Source: an uncultured Pseudomonadota bacterium
GTDB taxonomy: Bacteria; Pseudomonadota; Alphaproteobacteria; Rs-D84
Reading direction: 5' to 3'
DNA: 64,000 nt
Assembly (NCBI GenBank): GCA_947303585.1
Contig: CAMYYT010000001.1
Coordinates: 18,008-82,007, forward strand
In this document: piece by piece, positions 8,313 through 19,840 of the stretch
How the letters are laid out: every line of letters begins with the position of its first letter
Position numbering within the stretch: the first letter of the stretch is position 1
Translations under genes and position numbers: made by a program
Notes under the pieces: generated by a model
What the model was told of the DNA's origin: nothing
The model's database searches: none
Seen by the model: only the letters and a program-made list of their open reading frames with translations

Positions 8313-9965
8313 TTATTTATTCCCGCATTTTATTTTGCGCATTACGACCATTATTCCGGCTGGTGTCATTCCTGGAATCCGCGACAGTGCCGCGATATTT
8401 TCAGGTCTGGTTTTGGTCAATTTTTCAATTAATTCATTTGTAAGCCCTGGCAAATCGTTGTATTTAAAATCTTTTGGAATTTTTAATTCACTATCTTTTT
8501 TATAATTTGCAATTTCTCGTTCATTTCGAGAAATATATCCAGCGTAAAATTTATCGTTTTCTTTTGCTGTCGCTTCACGTAGTTTTTTGATTTTTTTATG
8601 TAAGTCTTTCGTGATTAGTCCCAATCTTTCCGCCATATCACCCAAACGCAAAACAGCATTATCACTGCGTAAATTTAATCTGTATTCTGCACGCGAAGTA
8701 AACATACGATATGGTTCGTCCACCCCAAGCGTTGTTATATCATCAATCAAAACACCAATCATAGAATTAGTTCTGTCCAGAATAAGTGGTTCAATATTTA
8801 ACGCATACGCGGCAGCATTACTGCCTGCGACAACACCTTGGGCGGCGGCTTCTTCGTATCCGCTGGTTCCGTTAATTTGACCAGCGAAAAATAAACCCGC
8901 ATAATCTTTGGATTCCAAAGTATTTTTTAATACACGTGCATCAATCGCATCATATTCAATAGCATAACCAAAACGCGCTATACGGCAATTTTCCAAGCCT
9001 GGGATGGTGCGTATCCATTTGTCTTGGATATCGCTTCCAAAAGATGTTGAAATACCATTTGGATAAATTAAATCACTGTTAAAACCTTCGGGTTCTAAAA
9101 ATACATGATGCGTTTTGTGTTCTGGAAATCGCATAACTTTGTCTTCCAGTGACGGACAATAACGCGGCCCCAGTCCCGTTATATCACCATTATACATTGG
9201 TGCTTTTTTAATATTTTTACGGATAATTTCATGAGTTGTCTCATCAGTATGGGTAATAAAACATTTTGTATTATATTTGTTATTTTTATCACCAATTCCA
9301 AACCAATCGTGTGGTGCATCGCCTGGTTGTTCTTCACAAACACTAAAATCAATGCTGTCGCGATAAATACGCGCAGGCGTTCCGGTTTTAAGCCTTAATA
9401 ATTCAAACCCCGCATCTTTTAAAACCTTTGAAATATGTGTATCGTTTTCTTGGTATTGACCATCATCCATTAAACGACCAGATGGAATTTTTTCTTTGCC
9501 ACGTGTCACCAATCCACCTAAAAAAGTACCCGTGGTTAAAACGATGGATGCAGCAGAATATTTTTTATTTACAGTTTTATTTTTTAAATTTAAATCGACC
9601 ACAGATTCAAAAATCACATCCAGATTTTTTGTTTCTTTTAAAATTTTCATCACAGCATCATGATAAAAATTTCTATCAATTTGTGCGCGCAAAGCCTGGG
9701 TTGCTGCGCCATGCGTCGCGTTAAGGGTACGCCAATGAATGCCCGATGAATCTGCCGCAAAAGGCATAACACCACCCAATGCCGCCATTTCAGCAACCAT
9801 TTGTGATTTACCCGGCCCCCCAATTGATGGATTGCAAGACATTGCGCCAATATCACTTTCGCGCATAGTCAACAAAAGTGTTTTTGCACCGCGACGCGCA
9901 GCCGCAGTTGCTGCCTCAACCCCAGCATGTCCACCACCAATGATAATCACATCATATTTTTTCAT
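8313..9965 (-). CDS. mnmG: tRNA uridine 5-carboxymethylaminomethyl modification enzyme MnmG (GidA), short form (550 aa)
   Basis: N-terminus YDVIIIGGGHAGVEAATAAARRG..MSCNPSIGG, RMFTSRAEYRL, and C-terminal IPGMTPAGI. It is about 70 aa shorter than E. coli MnmG. Confidence 0.9.
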   Translation of the reverse strand: MKKYDVIIIGGGHAGVEAATAAARRGAKTLLLTMRESDIGAMSCNPSIGGPGKSQMVAEMAALGGVMPFAADSSGIHWRTLNATHGAATQALRAQIDRNFYHDAVMKILKETKNLDVIFESVVDLNLKNKTVNKKYSAASIVLTTGTFLGGLVTRGKEKIPSGRLMDDGQYQENDTHISKVLKDAGFELLRLKTGTPARIYRDSIDFSVCEEQPGDAPHDWFGIGDKNNKYNTKCFITHTDETTHEIIRKNIKKAPMYNGDITGLGPRYCPSLEDKVMRFPEHKTHHVFLEPEGFNSDLIYPNGISTSFGSDIQDKWIRTIPGLENCRIARFGYAIEYDAIDARVLKNTLESKDYAGLFFAGQINGTSGYEEAAAQGVVAGSNAAAYALNIEPLILDRTNSMIGVLIDDITTLGVDEPYRMFTSRAEYRLNLRSDNAVLRLGDMAERLGLITKDLHKKIKKLREATAKENDKFYAGYISRNEREIANYKKDSELKIPKDFKYNDLPGLTNELIEKLTKTRPENIAALSRIPGMTPAGIMVVMRKIKCGNK

Positions 9966-9968
9966 ATT

Positions 9969-10523
9969 TCATTTTTCTTTGATTTTTGCATACAAAGCAA
10001 TATCTTCTCGTTTGTTTAATGCTGGTAAGAAATCAAAACTGCGTAAAACACCTTCGAGTTGAAAACCACATTTTTCAGCCACTTTGCATGAAGCGATATT
10101 TTCAGGGTTTGCCTTTATAACTATGCGTTTAAAACCCATATTGAAAAATTCATTTGAAATTGCTTTAACTGCTTCGCTCATAAAACCTTGGCCTGCGTAT
10201 TTTACATTTAACCAATAACCAAATTCACTGCTTTCGCGTTCCCAATTTATATCGAACATAGTACATACGCCAGCAAAACTACCATCTTTGCGTAAGTACA
10301 TACCATAAGTGGCTTCTGTTTGATTTTTCCAATTTTTGTCAGCGTCGCTTAAAAAAGCGAATTCTTGTTCTGGCTGTTTTACATTTGACCAAGGTAAGAA
10401 TTTATAATAGTCTCTGTTTTTTGAAATTATGTCAAAGATTTCATTTGCCAATGCGAATTTCACAGGCAGTGGTTTCAAATCAAGATTTTTTGTTTGTAAT
10501 TTTTTAAATTCTTGTGGTTTCAT
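9969..10523 (-). CDS. GNAT family N-acetyltransferase (RimJ/RimL-like)
   Basis: 184 aa with a GNAT core: YWLNVKYAGQGFMSEAVKAISNEFF..GFKRIVIKANPENIASCKVAEKCGFQLEG. Confidence 0.75.
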   Translation of the reverse strand: MKPQEFKKLQTKNLDLKPLPVKFALANEIFDIISKNRDYYKFLPWSNVKQPEQEFAFLSDADKNWKNQTEATYGMYLRKDGSFAGVCTMFDINWERESSEFGYWLNVKYAGQGFMSEAVKAISNEFFNMGFKRIVIKANPENIASCKVAEKCGFQLEGVLRSFDFLPALNKREDIALYAKIKEK

Positions 10524-10525
10524 TT

Positions 10526-11251
10526 TTAAAACCTCCCCATGCCGCCATTGACATGTATTGTTTGTCCGTTGATGTATGATGCTTCATCACTTGCCAAAAA
10601 TATGCAAGCATTTGCAACATCCACTGGTTCACCAAATCGACCAGCCGGTATTTGTTCAAGATATTTTTTCTTTAATTCATCGCTTAAAATATCAGTCATT
10701 GGTGTTTTGATAAATCCTGGTGCAATCGTGTTCGCAGTAATTCCACGCGAAGCAACTTCGGCGGCAATAGATTTTGTCATTGCAATAATTGCGCCTTTGG
10801 ATGCGGCATAATTAGCCTGACCTGCACCACCGACCACACCAACGATAGAAGCCATATTTATAATGCGTCCAAATCTTTGTTTCATCATCGGCATTAAACA
10901 TGCGCGACATAATTTAAAAGTTGCGCGTAAATTAGTGTTCAAAACATTATCAAATTGTTCATCACTCATCCGCATCATCAAAGTATCAGCAGTAATCCCA
11001 GCATTGTTAATTAAAACATCTATGCGACCAGCCTTTGCAATAGTTTCATCAATCAATTTTTCAGCCGCGCCATCCACAGATAAATCAGATACAATTTTTA
11101 TAAAAGAATCATCAAACGCAGAAAGTTTATCCGCGCTGCGTCCCGTCACAGCCACAGTTGCCCCCGCTGCTTTCATTTGTTCTGCGATTGCTCTACCAAT
11201 ACCACCTGTGGCACCTGTGATTAAAACAACTTTGTTTGTTAATTCGAACAT
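10526..11251 (-). CDS. fabG: 3-oxoacyl-ACP reductase
   Basis: SDR motifs TGATGGIGRAIA, NNAG and YAASKGA. Adjacent to fabD. Confidence 0.88.
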   Translation of the reverse strand: MFELTNKVVLITGATGGIGRAIAEQMKAAGATVAVTGRSADKLSAFDDSFIKIVSDLSVDGAAEKLIDETIAKAGRIDVLINNAGITADTLMMRMSDEQFDNVLNTNLRATFKLCRACLMPMMKQRFGRIINMASIVGVVGGAGQANYAASKGAIIAMTKSIAAEVASRGITANTIAPGFIKTPMTDILSDELKKKYLEQIPAGRFGEPVDVANACIFLASDEASYINGQTIHVNGGMGRF

Positions 11252-11252
11252 A

Positions 11253-12128
11253 TTAAACCTCTAATTTTTTTGTTTCAATTTTATCAGTTGTACGACCAAT
11301 CAATCCAGACAACACATTACCAGGACCAATTTCAATTGCATTTGTAATGCCAAGATTTACCATTTCCAGAACACTTTCGCGCCAATGAACACCATGTGTT
11401 AATTGATAAATCAATGCATCTTTGATTTCGTCTGGATTTTCAATAACAGTGCAAGTTTTGTTAGAAATCCATTTTGCGCGTGGGGTTTCAATTTTCACCT
11501 TTTCAAATTCAGTACGCATAATTTCAATAGATGGTTCTTGGGCGCGACAATGCACAGGTGCAGAAAGCGCAAGCGGCATAACGCGACGCGCACCAGTTTC
11601 TTTTAATTTCTCGCTTGCGTTTTCGACTGCTTCTTTTAATCCTGAAATTACAACTTGACCCGGGCAATTATCGTTTGCCATATCACATCCGTATTTTTCA
11701 CAAATATCACGAACAGTATCTGCATCTAAACCCAATACCACAGATACCAAACCCATCCCAACAGGAACAGCGGCCTGCATAGCATTCCCGCGTGTACGCA
11801 ACAATCTGGCGGTGTCTGCCAAACTGATTGCGCCTGCAACACAAAGCGCGGTGTATTCCCCCAAACTGTGTCCTGCAACAAAATCTGGCATTGGTAAATC
11901 ACCAGCACGAAACATTGCAACACTTGTCGCCATAATCGCAGGTTGAACATTTTTTGTTAATGTTAATTCGTCCATTGGTCCGTTAAAAATTATGTTTGAT
12001 AATTTTTCACCCAATGCATCATCAACTTCGTCAAACACGGCGCGTGCCGCCGCATTATTTTCATACAGTTCTTTGCCCATACCTACGAATTGAGCGCCTT
12101 GCCCCGGAAATACATAAATGTTCGACAT
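11253..12128 (-). CDS. fabD: Malonyl-CoA-ACP transacylase
   Basis: FPGQGAQ and GHSLGEY motifs. AAAGGA lies 6 nt upstream of the ATG at 12128 (MSNIYVFPGQG), so this start is preferred over the ORF start at 12152. Confidence 0.88.
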   Translation of the reverse strand: MSNIYVFPGQGAQFVGMGKELYENNAAARAVFDEVDDALGEKLSNIIFNGPMDELTLTKNVQPAIMATSVAMFRAGDLPMPDFVAGHSLGEYTALCVAGAISLADTARLLRTRGNAMQAAVPVGMGLVSVVLGLDADTVRDICEKYGCDMANDNCPGQVVISGLKEAVENASEKLKETGARRVMPLALSAPVHCRAQEPSIEIMRTEFEKVKIETPRAKWISNKTCTVIENPDEIKDALIYQLTHGVHWRESVLEMVNLGITNAIEIGPGNVLSGLIGRTTDKIETKKLEV

Positions 12129-12190
12129 TATTTGTCCTTTTATCATAGTCATTCGAATTATAGAAAATTAACAGCAAAAATCAAATAAAA

Positions 12191-12730
12191 CTATTTACGC
12201 ATAGAAAATTCGCAACCACAATAATTTTGGCGGTAAAATTCAGATTCACGGTTAATAGAAACGCGTAAATTTTCATCCCATTTAATTGGTAGATATTTTA
12301 TTTCACCACAAGATTCATTTGCCGCTGCATCAACTTGTGCCTGCGATTTGAAACGAGATACACCAAACACACTGGCTATCGCATTAAACCCGTGTTTTTT
12401 GGCATATTCACGTGCATAACAAAAACGAAAAGCAAAACATTTGCTGCATCGCGCCCCGCGTTCAGGTTCGTTTTCAAAACCGCTTACAGCGTTCTTCCAA
12501 TCGTCATGATTATAATCACCCACGACATATTTAACACCCAATTTTTCACAGTATTTTATTTGTTCATTTAATCTTTTTTGATATTCGTCCCATGGGTAAA
12601 TATTAGGATTAAAAAACATAACGATAAAATCTTCTATACCTGGGATTTCGCCGTCTGCAAGTTGTTTAATAGCGCCAGCCGAACATGGCGCACAACAAGA
12701 CATCAAAATCAATTTTATATTTTTATCCAT
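12191..12730 (-). CDS. queH: Epoxyqueuosine reductase QueH (DUF208)
   Basis: SCCAPCS near the N-terminus and C-terminal YRQNYCGCEFS, which are characteristic QueH Cys motifs. Confidence 0.8.
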   Translation of the reverse strand: MDKNIKLILMSCCAPCSAGAIKQLADGEIPGIEDFIVMFFNPNIYPWDEYQKRLNEQIKYCEKLGVKYVVGDYNHDDWKNAVSGFENEPERGARCSKCFAFRFCYAREYAKKHGFNAIASVFGVSRFKSQAQVDAAANESCGEIKYLPIKWDENLRVSINRESEFYRQNYCGCEFSMRK

Positions 12731-14351
12731 TTGTTTTTTCGGTTAATTCAATTCTGTTGAACAGATTTTCCGGCACAGTAAATTTTTCGCTGTTGCCAAG
12801 TCTGTGTTCGTATTTTGTTGGCCAAGATAAATCGTGTTTATTTTCAAAAATGTTTTGAATTTTTTCGGCGGCATCTGGTATAAAAGGTGCAGACACGCGC
12901 GCAAAGAAATCAATCATTTGAAAACATTCATTTAATGCCGCAGCTGCCCCAGCCATATCACCGTTTTTAACCAAAGCCCACGGTTCTTTGATAGTCATAT
13001 ATTCGTTAGCAATCGCCCACAAAGAACGCAAAGCAAACACAGCATCTCTGAATTCACATTTTTCCAAAGCATTTGTTAAATCGGATAATTTTTCATTTAT
13101 TTTTATTTCTAAATCTTTATCAATACCGTTTCCGTCTGGAACAGTATCGCCGAAATTCTTTGCTGATAATTTGCAAACGCGCGAAACAAAATTTCCCAAC
13201 ATACCATTTAAATCTTTGTTCACGATTTCAGCAAAACGCTCCATTGTAAAATCAGTATCATCAGTTTCAGGTGCAGATGCCATCAAAGCATATCTCCAAC
13301 AATCGCTTGGTGCGATATTTAATGCTTCATCAAGAAAAATGCCATTTCCCGTAGATTTTGAAATCTTCGCGCCATTAAAGTTCATAAAATTTTGTCCCTT
13401 TAACATATCGACAGTTTTCCAATTATCGTTCATTGCCAATTCTTGTGCTGGGAAGAACACAGAATGGAAAGACACATTATCTTTGGCCATAAATTGTGTA
13501 TAATAGCAATCTGGATTTTTCCACCAACTTGCCCAATCATCTGTCGCGGCTTGGGATATAGAAACATAACCCCATGGGGCATCAAACCAGACATAGAATA
13601 CTTTGTCTTCGAACCCGGGTTTATTAACAGGTATTCCCCACTTTAAATCGCGGGTTATAGGATTATCATGTAAACCTTCGTCCAGCCATTTATTAGCTAT
13701 GGTTATGGCTGTTTTTGGCCAATTTTGGCGAGAATCAATCCAAGCGCGTAATTTATCTTGGACAGCGCTTAATTTAAAATACAAATGTTTTGTTTCACGC
13801 ATTTCAACTGGGGAAGAAGGATCGATTGCGCTGTGTGGATTGATTAATTGATCAGGGTCAAGTGATGTGCCACATTTATCACATTCATTTCCATATGCGT
13901 GGTCATAGCCGCATTTTGGACAAGTCCCAATAACATATCTGTCTGCCAAGAATTTTTTTTCGTTTACAGAATAAGGCTGCATGGATGATTTTTCTTCTAT
14001 CATTCCCAAAGAATCAAGACGATTGAATAATTCATGAATCAATTTTTCATGTAATTTTGTATGTGTACGACCATATAAATCAAAGGACAATTTAAAATCA
14101 CGAACAGCGTCCAAATGTTTTGCGCGGTATTTATCAACATATTCTTCAACAGGGATGTTTTCTTTCAAAGCACCAACTTCGCTGGGAGTACCATGTTCAT
14201 CAGCGCCACCAATATAAAGAACATCACGTCCCTGTGCACGACAGAATCTGGCATATACATCACTTGGCAATAAACAACCAATTAAATGCCCAATATGTAA
14301 ATTGTTGTTAACATAAGGCAGCGCAGAAGTAATTAAATATTTTTGTCCCAT
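12723..14351 (-). CDS. metG: Methionyl-tRNA synthetase
   Basis: LHIGHL (HIGH), KISKS (KMSKS), and zinc knuckles CPKCG..CDKCG. It overlaps the queH start by 8 nt. Confidence 0.93.
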   Translation of the reverse strand: MGQKYLITSALPYVNNNLHIGHLIGCLLPSDVYARFCRAQGRDVLYIGGADEHGTPSEVGALKENIPVEEYVDKYRAKHLDAVRDFKLSFDLYGRTHTKLHEKLIHELFNRLDSLGMIEEKSSMQPYSVNEKKFLADRYVIGTCPKCGYDHAYGNECDKCGTSLDPDQLINPHSAIDPSSPVEMRETKHLYFKLSAVQDKLRAWIDSRQNWPKTAITIANKWLDEGLHDNPITRDLKWGIPVNKPGFEDKVFYVWFDAPWGYVSISQAATDDWASWWKNPDCYYTQFMAKDNVSFHSVFFPAQELAMNDNWKTVDMLKGQNFMNFNGAKISKSTGNGIFLDEALNIAPSDCWRYALMASAPETDDTDFTMERFAEIVNKDLNGMLGNFVSRVCKLSAKNFGDTVPDGNGIDKDLEIKINEKLSDLTNALEKCEFRDAVFALRSLWAIANEYMTIKEPWALVKNGDMAGAAAALNECFQMIDFFARVSAPFIPDAAEKIQNIFENKHDLSWPTKYEHRLGNSEKFTVPENLFNRIELTEKTNG

Positions 14352-14368
14352 TGTGTAGTCCTTTGTTT

Positions 14369-14394
14369 AAAAATAAAAGCGCCATCACGGGCGC
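14369..14394 (-). terminator. Terminator-like hairpin between tRNA-Val(GAC) and metG
   Basis: On the minus strand, GCGCC-cgtgat-GGCGC is followed by TTTTATTTTT. It ends only 17 nt before the metG ATG. Confidence 0.6.
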
Positions 14395-14464
14395 ACAAAT
14401 TCGTTCCCGCAATATTTTTTCAAAGATTAATTGTACATTCGCATTTTATTTCTTTTTTTATTTG

Positions 14465-14541
14465 TGGTGGGTGGTATTGGGCTCGAACCAACGACCTCCA
14501 CGATGTCAACGTGACGCTCTAGCCAACTGAGCTAACCACCC
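14465..14541 (-). tRNA. tRNA-Val (anticodon GAC)
   Basis: The reverse complement GGGTGGTTAGCTCAGTTGGCTAGAGCGTCACGTTGACATCGTGGAGGTCGTTGGTTCGAGCCCAATACCACCCACCA has anticodon loop TTGACAT. CCA is encoded. Confidence 0.93.
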
Positions 14542-14553
14542 AAAGCAACACAG

Positions 14554-14581
14554 ATTATAACAGCAAAATTTAAGATTGCAA
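14554..14581 (-). promoter_or_regulatory. Sigma70-type promoter for tRNA-Val(GAC)
   Basis: On the minus strand: TTGCAA (14581-14576), 16-nt spacer, TATAAT (14559-14554). The tRNA 5' end lies 12 nt downstream. Confidence 0.55.
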
Positions 14582-14604
14582 ATAAAAAACCGGCATTGCC
14601 GGTT
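14581..14604 (-). terminator. Rho-independent terminator after mreB
   Basis: AACCGGC-aat-GCCGGTT followed by TTTTTTATT on the minus strand, 5 nt after the mreB stop. Confidence 0.8.
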
Positions 14605-14608
14605 CTTT

Positions 14609-15691
<1,083 letters not shown>

Positions 15692-15781
15692 TTATAAAGC
15701 AGACATTAAAAAAATCAAGCCCACATAATTAAATTTTGCTTTTTTATTTGCTTTTCGTGCAAATCTGGTAATATTAACCGT

Positions 15782-16141
15782 ATGAAAAGAAAAACTATAA
15801 GAAATCACAGGGATTTTATCACATCACCACTTAGTCCAAAGACGGTGACTGATTTTTGTGTAATCAAAGCAAAACCAGCAAAAATACCAGGTGATGCACG
15901 ATATGGTTTAATTGTGTCTAAACGCGTCTTTAAATTGGCGGTGGAAAGAAATCGTGCTAAAAGATTAATGCGTGATTGGATATCGTATAACGAAGATTTA
16001 ATGCTGCCTGCCTTAGATTATATATTTATTTTGCGCAGCGGTATCTTAAATGCAACGCGCGACCAAGGGCGCGCCTCTACATCAGTTGCATTGCATAAAA
16101 TTGCAAAAGCACACAATAAAAATGCAAAAAACGAAAAATAA
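15782..16141 (+). CDS. rnpA: Ribonuclease P protein component
   Basis: Basic 119-aa protein with an RNR-like motif (AVERNRAKRLMRD). It is followed by and overlaps yidD, the canonical neighbour. Confidence 0.8.
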   Translation: MKRKTIRNHRDFITSPLSPKTVTDFCVIKAKPAKIPGDARYGLIVSKRVFKLAVERNRAKRLMRDWISYNEDLMLPALDYIFILRSGILNATRDQGRASTSVALHKIAKAHNKNAKNEK

Positions 16142-16361
16142 TTTTTCCATTTCTTTCGCTACCAAGATGATAAAGATATATCAAATGTGTATATCGCCTT
16201 TCATTGGTGGACGCGCAGCATGCAGATTTACCCCAACTTGCAGCGAATATACGCGTCAAGCAATCGAAAAATATGGGCTTTGTCGTGGAACTTGGATGGG
16301 ATTGCAACGTATATCGCGGTGCAGACCGGGGGGTGGATGCGGATACGACCCTGTTCCTTGA
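16122..16361 (+). CDS. yidD: Membrane protein insertion efficiency factor YidD
   Basis: YQMCISPFIGGRAACRFTPTCSEYTRQAIEKYG..GLQRISRCRPGGGCGYDPVP. The ATG at 16122 gives the typical 79 aa, whereas the ORF track starts at 16050. Confidence 0.85.
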   Translation: MQKTKNNFSISFATKMIKIYQMCISPFIGGRAACRFTPTCSEYTRQAIEKYGLCRGTWMGLQRISRCRPGGGCGYDPVP

Positions 16362-16423
16362 CATAATAAATGATTGTGGTAAAATTATAGTGATATGTTA
16401 ATACATCAAAAGGATTTATAATT

Positions 16424-16870
16424 ATGACATCTTTCAGAGCAACAGTTGAAAATATGTCCAAACTTATGGATGAAATGGGCATAACTGAATTAGATTTAGA
16501 ACGTCAACTGTTATTGGGTTTATACCGTAAACATATTCATTTATCTAAACAACAAACAGTTGCTGCGCCAGTTGGTGTTGTTGCGCCAAAGGCCAAAGCA
16601 GATGAAAAAATTTCGGGACATGTTCTAAAATCTCCTATGGTGGGGGTTGCATATCTTGCCCCAGAACCTGGTGCAAAACCTTTTGTAAAGGTTGGCTCTG
16701 CGGTAAAGGCTGGGGACACAGTTGCATTGGTCGAAGCAATGAAAACATTTAATCCGATAAAATCTGACATAGACGGCATTGTCAAGGAAGTATTGGTTGC
16801 TGATGGTGTGGCTGTTGAATTTGATACACCTATTATTGTTATAGAACAGGTTTCAAATGCCAAAGATTAA
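16424..16870 (+). CDS. accB: Biotin carboxyl carrier protein of acetyl-CoA carboxylase
   Basis: Biotinyl-lysine motif [18 protein letters not shown]. accC follows. Confidence 0.9.
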   Translation: MTSFRATVENMSKLMDEMGITELDLERQLLLGLYRKHIHLSKQQTVAAPVGVVAPKAKADEKISGHVLKSPMVGVAYLAPEPGAKPFVKVGSAVKAGDTVALVEAMKTFNPIKSDIDGIVKEVLVADGVAVEFDTPIIVIEQVSNAKD

Positions 16871-18242
16871 GAAAGTTTTAATCGCCAATCGCGGCGAAAT
16901 CGCGTTGCGTGTTATTCGTGCATGTCGCGATATGGGGATAAGAACTGTTGCGGTTTATTCTACTGCGGACAGGGATGCGATGCATGTAAAATTGGCTGAT
17001 GAATCAGTATGTATCGGTCCTGCACAGAGCAGCGAATCTTACCTTAATGAATCTGCTATATTAACTGCTGCGCTTTTGACGAACGCAGATGCAATTCATC
17101 CAGGCTATGGATTTTTATCAGAACGCGCTGACTTTGTCGAAAAGGTGGAACAGCATGGTCTTATATGGATTGGGCCAAACGCAGATATGATTCGTAAAAT
17201 GGGCGACAAAGTTAACGCTAAAAAAACTGCGATAAAATGTGGATTGCCTGTCGTTCCGGGCAGTGATGGTGCAATAAAAAATATCGAAGATGCGATTTGT
17301 TGGGCAGATAAAATTGGATATCCAGTTATGATAAAGGCTGCATCTGGTGGCGGTGGCCGCGGTATGCGTGCTGTGCATAATGCAAACGAATTACGCGAAG
17401 CGTTTCCAATTGTAAAGGCTGAATCAAAAACAGCATTTGGTGACGATACACTTTATATGGAAAAATTATTGTTGCACCCGCGTCATATTGAATTTCAGGT
17501 TTTGGGTGATAAACATGGTGGCGTGGTAATCTTTGGTGAACGCGATTGTTCCCTGCAGCGCAAAAATCAAAAGGTTATGGAAGAATGTCCGGCGGCTGTA
17601 TTAACGCAAAAGCAACGCGACGATATGATTGAAATTTGTAAAAACGCGGCCAAGAAAATGAAGTACACAAATGCTGGAACTTTTGAATTTATGTTCGAAG
17701 GTGGCAAATTTTATTTCTTGGAAATGAATACGCGCTTGCAGGTTGAACATCCTGTGACAGAAATGGTTTACGGAATTGATTTGGTTCGCGAACAAATTAG
17801 AATTGCAGCCGGGGAAAAATTGGGTTATACACAATCTAATTTGGTTGCGCACGGACACGCGATTGAATTTCGTGTTAATGCCGAAGACCCGGAAACTTTC
17901 ATTCCAAATCCTGGGAAAATAACATTGTATGCACCGCCGGGTGGATTGGGCGTTCGCGTAGATTCTGCCGTATACAGCGGATATACAATTCCGCCGACTT
18001 ATGATTCAATGATTGCGAAATTAATTGTGCATGCACAATCAAGACCTGCGTGTATTATGCGCGCTGAACGTGCATTGGATGAATTTGTAATCGAAGGTGT
18101 AAAAACAACAATTCCATTGCAAAAGAAATTATTGGAAAACACCGATGTGCGTCAGTTAAAAACAGATAATCATTGGTTGGAAAAATTCTTGGAAAATGAA
18201 AAAGAAAAACAGCAAGAAATAAAAGAAAAAGAAGAAGAATAA
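16857..18242 (+). CDS. accC: Biotin carboxylase
   Basis: [20 protein letters not shown]-grasp GGGGRGMR, and [14 protein letters not shown]. Confidence 0.95.
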   Translation: MPKIKKVLIANRGEIALRVIRACRDMGIRTVAVYSTADRDAMHVKLADESVCIGPAQSSESYLNESAILTAALLTNADAIHPGYGFLSERADFVEKVEQHGLIWIGPNADMIRKMGDKVNAKKTAIKCGLPVVPGSDGAIKNIEDAICWADKIGYPVMIKAASGGGGRGMRAVHNANELREAFPIVKAESKTAFGDDTLYMEKLLLHPRHIEFQVLGDKHGGVVIFGERDCSLQRKNQKVMEECPAAVLTQKQRDDMIEICKNAAKKMKYTNAGTFEFMFEGGKFYFLEMNTRLQVEHPVTEMVYGIDLVREQIRIAAGEKLGYTQSNLVAHGHAIEFRVNAEDPETFIPNPGKITLYAPPGGLGVRVDSAVYSGYTIPPTYDSMIAKLIVHAQSRPACIMRAERALDEFVIEGVKTTIPLQKKLLENTDVRQLKTDNHWLEKFLENEKEKQQEIKEKEEE

Positions 18243-18247
18243 AAAAA

Positions 18248-18271
18248 CACCGGCATTTGCCGGTGTTTTTT
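18248..18271. terminator. Bidirectional terminator between accC and sspB
   Basis: A-run, CACCGGC-attt-GCCGGTG, T-run, located between convergent genes. Confidence 0.85.
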
Positions 18272-18740
18272 ACTGATTTTTTCTTTTTCTAAATTCATCC
18301 ATGGAAACAACGCGTTTATCGTCTGGTACAGTGCCAGGCTTTTCTTCCAATGGTAATTCTATATCATCTTGCTTTGCAACAACAGGTCTTTGTTGTGGCT
18401 GGAAAGATAACATAAAATCAACAGATGGATCTTTGAATTCAACCAATGCAGAAAACGGAACACGAATAAAAAATGGACGACCATCAAAAGTCAATTGAAC
18501 ACCAAATTCTTTGTCTGACACATTAAGATTGTTATAAGAATACTGTAAAACAATCGTCATTAAATCAGGATAACGCATACGCAAAAAATCAGGCAACACA
18601 ACACCCGGGTCGCGTGTTTTGAAAGTAATAAAGAAACTTGCATCATTGCCCAGACCATTAAATTGTGCGTGTATAAGCGCTTCTTTGACAACAGATTTTA
18701 ATGCGCTGTCTAATAATTGTTGATAATTAATTTTTGACAT
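18270..18740 (-). CDS. sspB: ClpXP adaptor SspB-like protein (alphaproteobacterial type)
   Basis: FFITFKT..PGVVLPDFLRMRYPDLMTIVLQ..FGVQLTFDGRPFFIRVPFSALVEFKDPS matches my memory of the SspB family pattern. Start taken at MSKINYQ (18740). Confidence 0.6.
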   Translation of the reverse strand: MSKINYQQLLDSALKSVVKEALIHAQFNGLGNDASFFITFKTRDPGVVLPDFLRMRYPDLMTIVLQYSYNNLNVSDKEFGVQLTFDGRPFFIRVPFSALVEFKDPSVDFMLSFQPQQRPVVAKQDDIELPLEEKPGTVPDDKRVVSMDEFRKRKNQ

Positions 18741-19830
18741 CTTTGTTCTCCGCCATTTTCGATACAACTATATTACTTATTGCGCCATCTTGGCAAGTGA
18801 CAAATAAAGCATCAGGGATATTTTTAAATATATTTATATCCAAACCTGTTGCCCAAACCTGTGCGTCAGATTCATTTAAATCAGCAAACAATTTTACGCG
18901 TGCATTTTCATCCAAATGTGCCGCAGCTTCATCTAATAAAATCAAAGGTTTTGTGCCTGTTTTAATATGGATTAACTTAGCATGCGCCAAAATTAAATCG
19001 ATTAATATAGATTTCTGTTGCCCTGTCGAAGTGATATATGCTGGTAAATTTAATTTTTTATTAAATACTCCGAAATCAGATTTATGTGCGCCGTCTATAA
19101 CCATTTTATCGCCGTTTAATTCGCGATTATTTTGTAAATATGTAAAATATTTTTTTTCTGCGACTGTCGCGGTGTTTTCCAACAATAATTTTTCGACCAT
19201 ACCATTAACCGAAACAGCGCCATTTTCAAAAAAATAGTTTATTTCGCCTGCGTATCTAATTCTGCTGGCGCTGACAGCAATCGCAGTTGCAGCAATTTGT
19301 GTGTCAATTGCGTCCAGCCAATTTTTATCACCACCGTTTTTAATGACACCTGCCCTTTCGGTCAATAATTTATTAAGACGCGAAATGCGTCCAACATGTG
19401 CCGGTTCAAAATTAGCGCACAATCTGTCAAAGAAAGCGCGTCTATCAGCCGCAGATTCCAAAAAAATTCTGTCTTCTCGCGGGGTTAACCACACTATGCG
19501 TAATTTTTTTGCCAAATCAGCCAACGCAACATTTTCGTTATCGATTTTTGCATGCCTGTTAGAATCACCAGAATTCAAGAATACACAAACATCACTATCA
19601 TCTGCAGTTGTTGCAAATACTGAAAAACCGCCATCCCCGTCAAATCGCGCCAGCATTTGCATATCTGCCCCGCGCAAACCCCGTTCACCAGAAAGCAACG
19701 ATAACGCTTCAAGTATTGCGGTTTTACCTGCGCCATTTAATCCTGTGATAATTATATTTTTGATATTTCCAATCTTAATTCTGGAACATTTATGATTTCT
19801 AAAATTCGTAAGAGTAATTTGGTTTATCAT
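18727..19830 (-). CDS. recF: DNA replication and repair protein RecF
   Basis: MINQITLTNFRNH.., Walker A GLNGAGKT, and signature STGQQKS..LLDE. The ORF-track start at 19959 runs through tRNA-Cys, so the start is set at 19830. Confidence 0.88.
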   Translation of the reverse strand: MINQITLTNFRNHKCSRIKIGNIKNIIITGLNGAGKTAILEALSLLSGERGLRGADMQMLARFDGDGGFSVFATTADDSDVCVFLNSGDSNRHAKIDNENVALADLAKKLRIVWLTPREDRIFLESAADRRAFFDRLCANFEPAHVGRISRLNKLLTERAGVIKNGGDKNWLDAIDTQIAATAIAVSASRIRYAGEINYFFENGAVSVNGMVEKLLLENTATVAEKKYFTYLQNNRELNGDKMVIDGAHKSDFGVFNKKLNLPAYITSTGQQKSILIDLILAHAKLIHIKTGTKPLILLDEAAAHLDENARVKLFADLNESDAQVWATGLDINIFKNIPDALFVTCQDGAISNIVVSKMAENKDVKN

Positions 19831-19840
19831 TTTAAAAAAT

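Noticed and set aside
14427-14444. Mini-ORF ATG CGA ATG TAC AAT TAA (MRMYN) upstream of the metG hairpin, considered as a Met leader peptide.
   Set aside because: It has only one internal Met codon, no SD, and no alternative antiterminator pairing that I could find. That is too weak to call.
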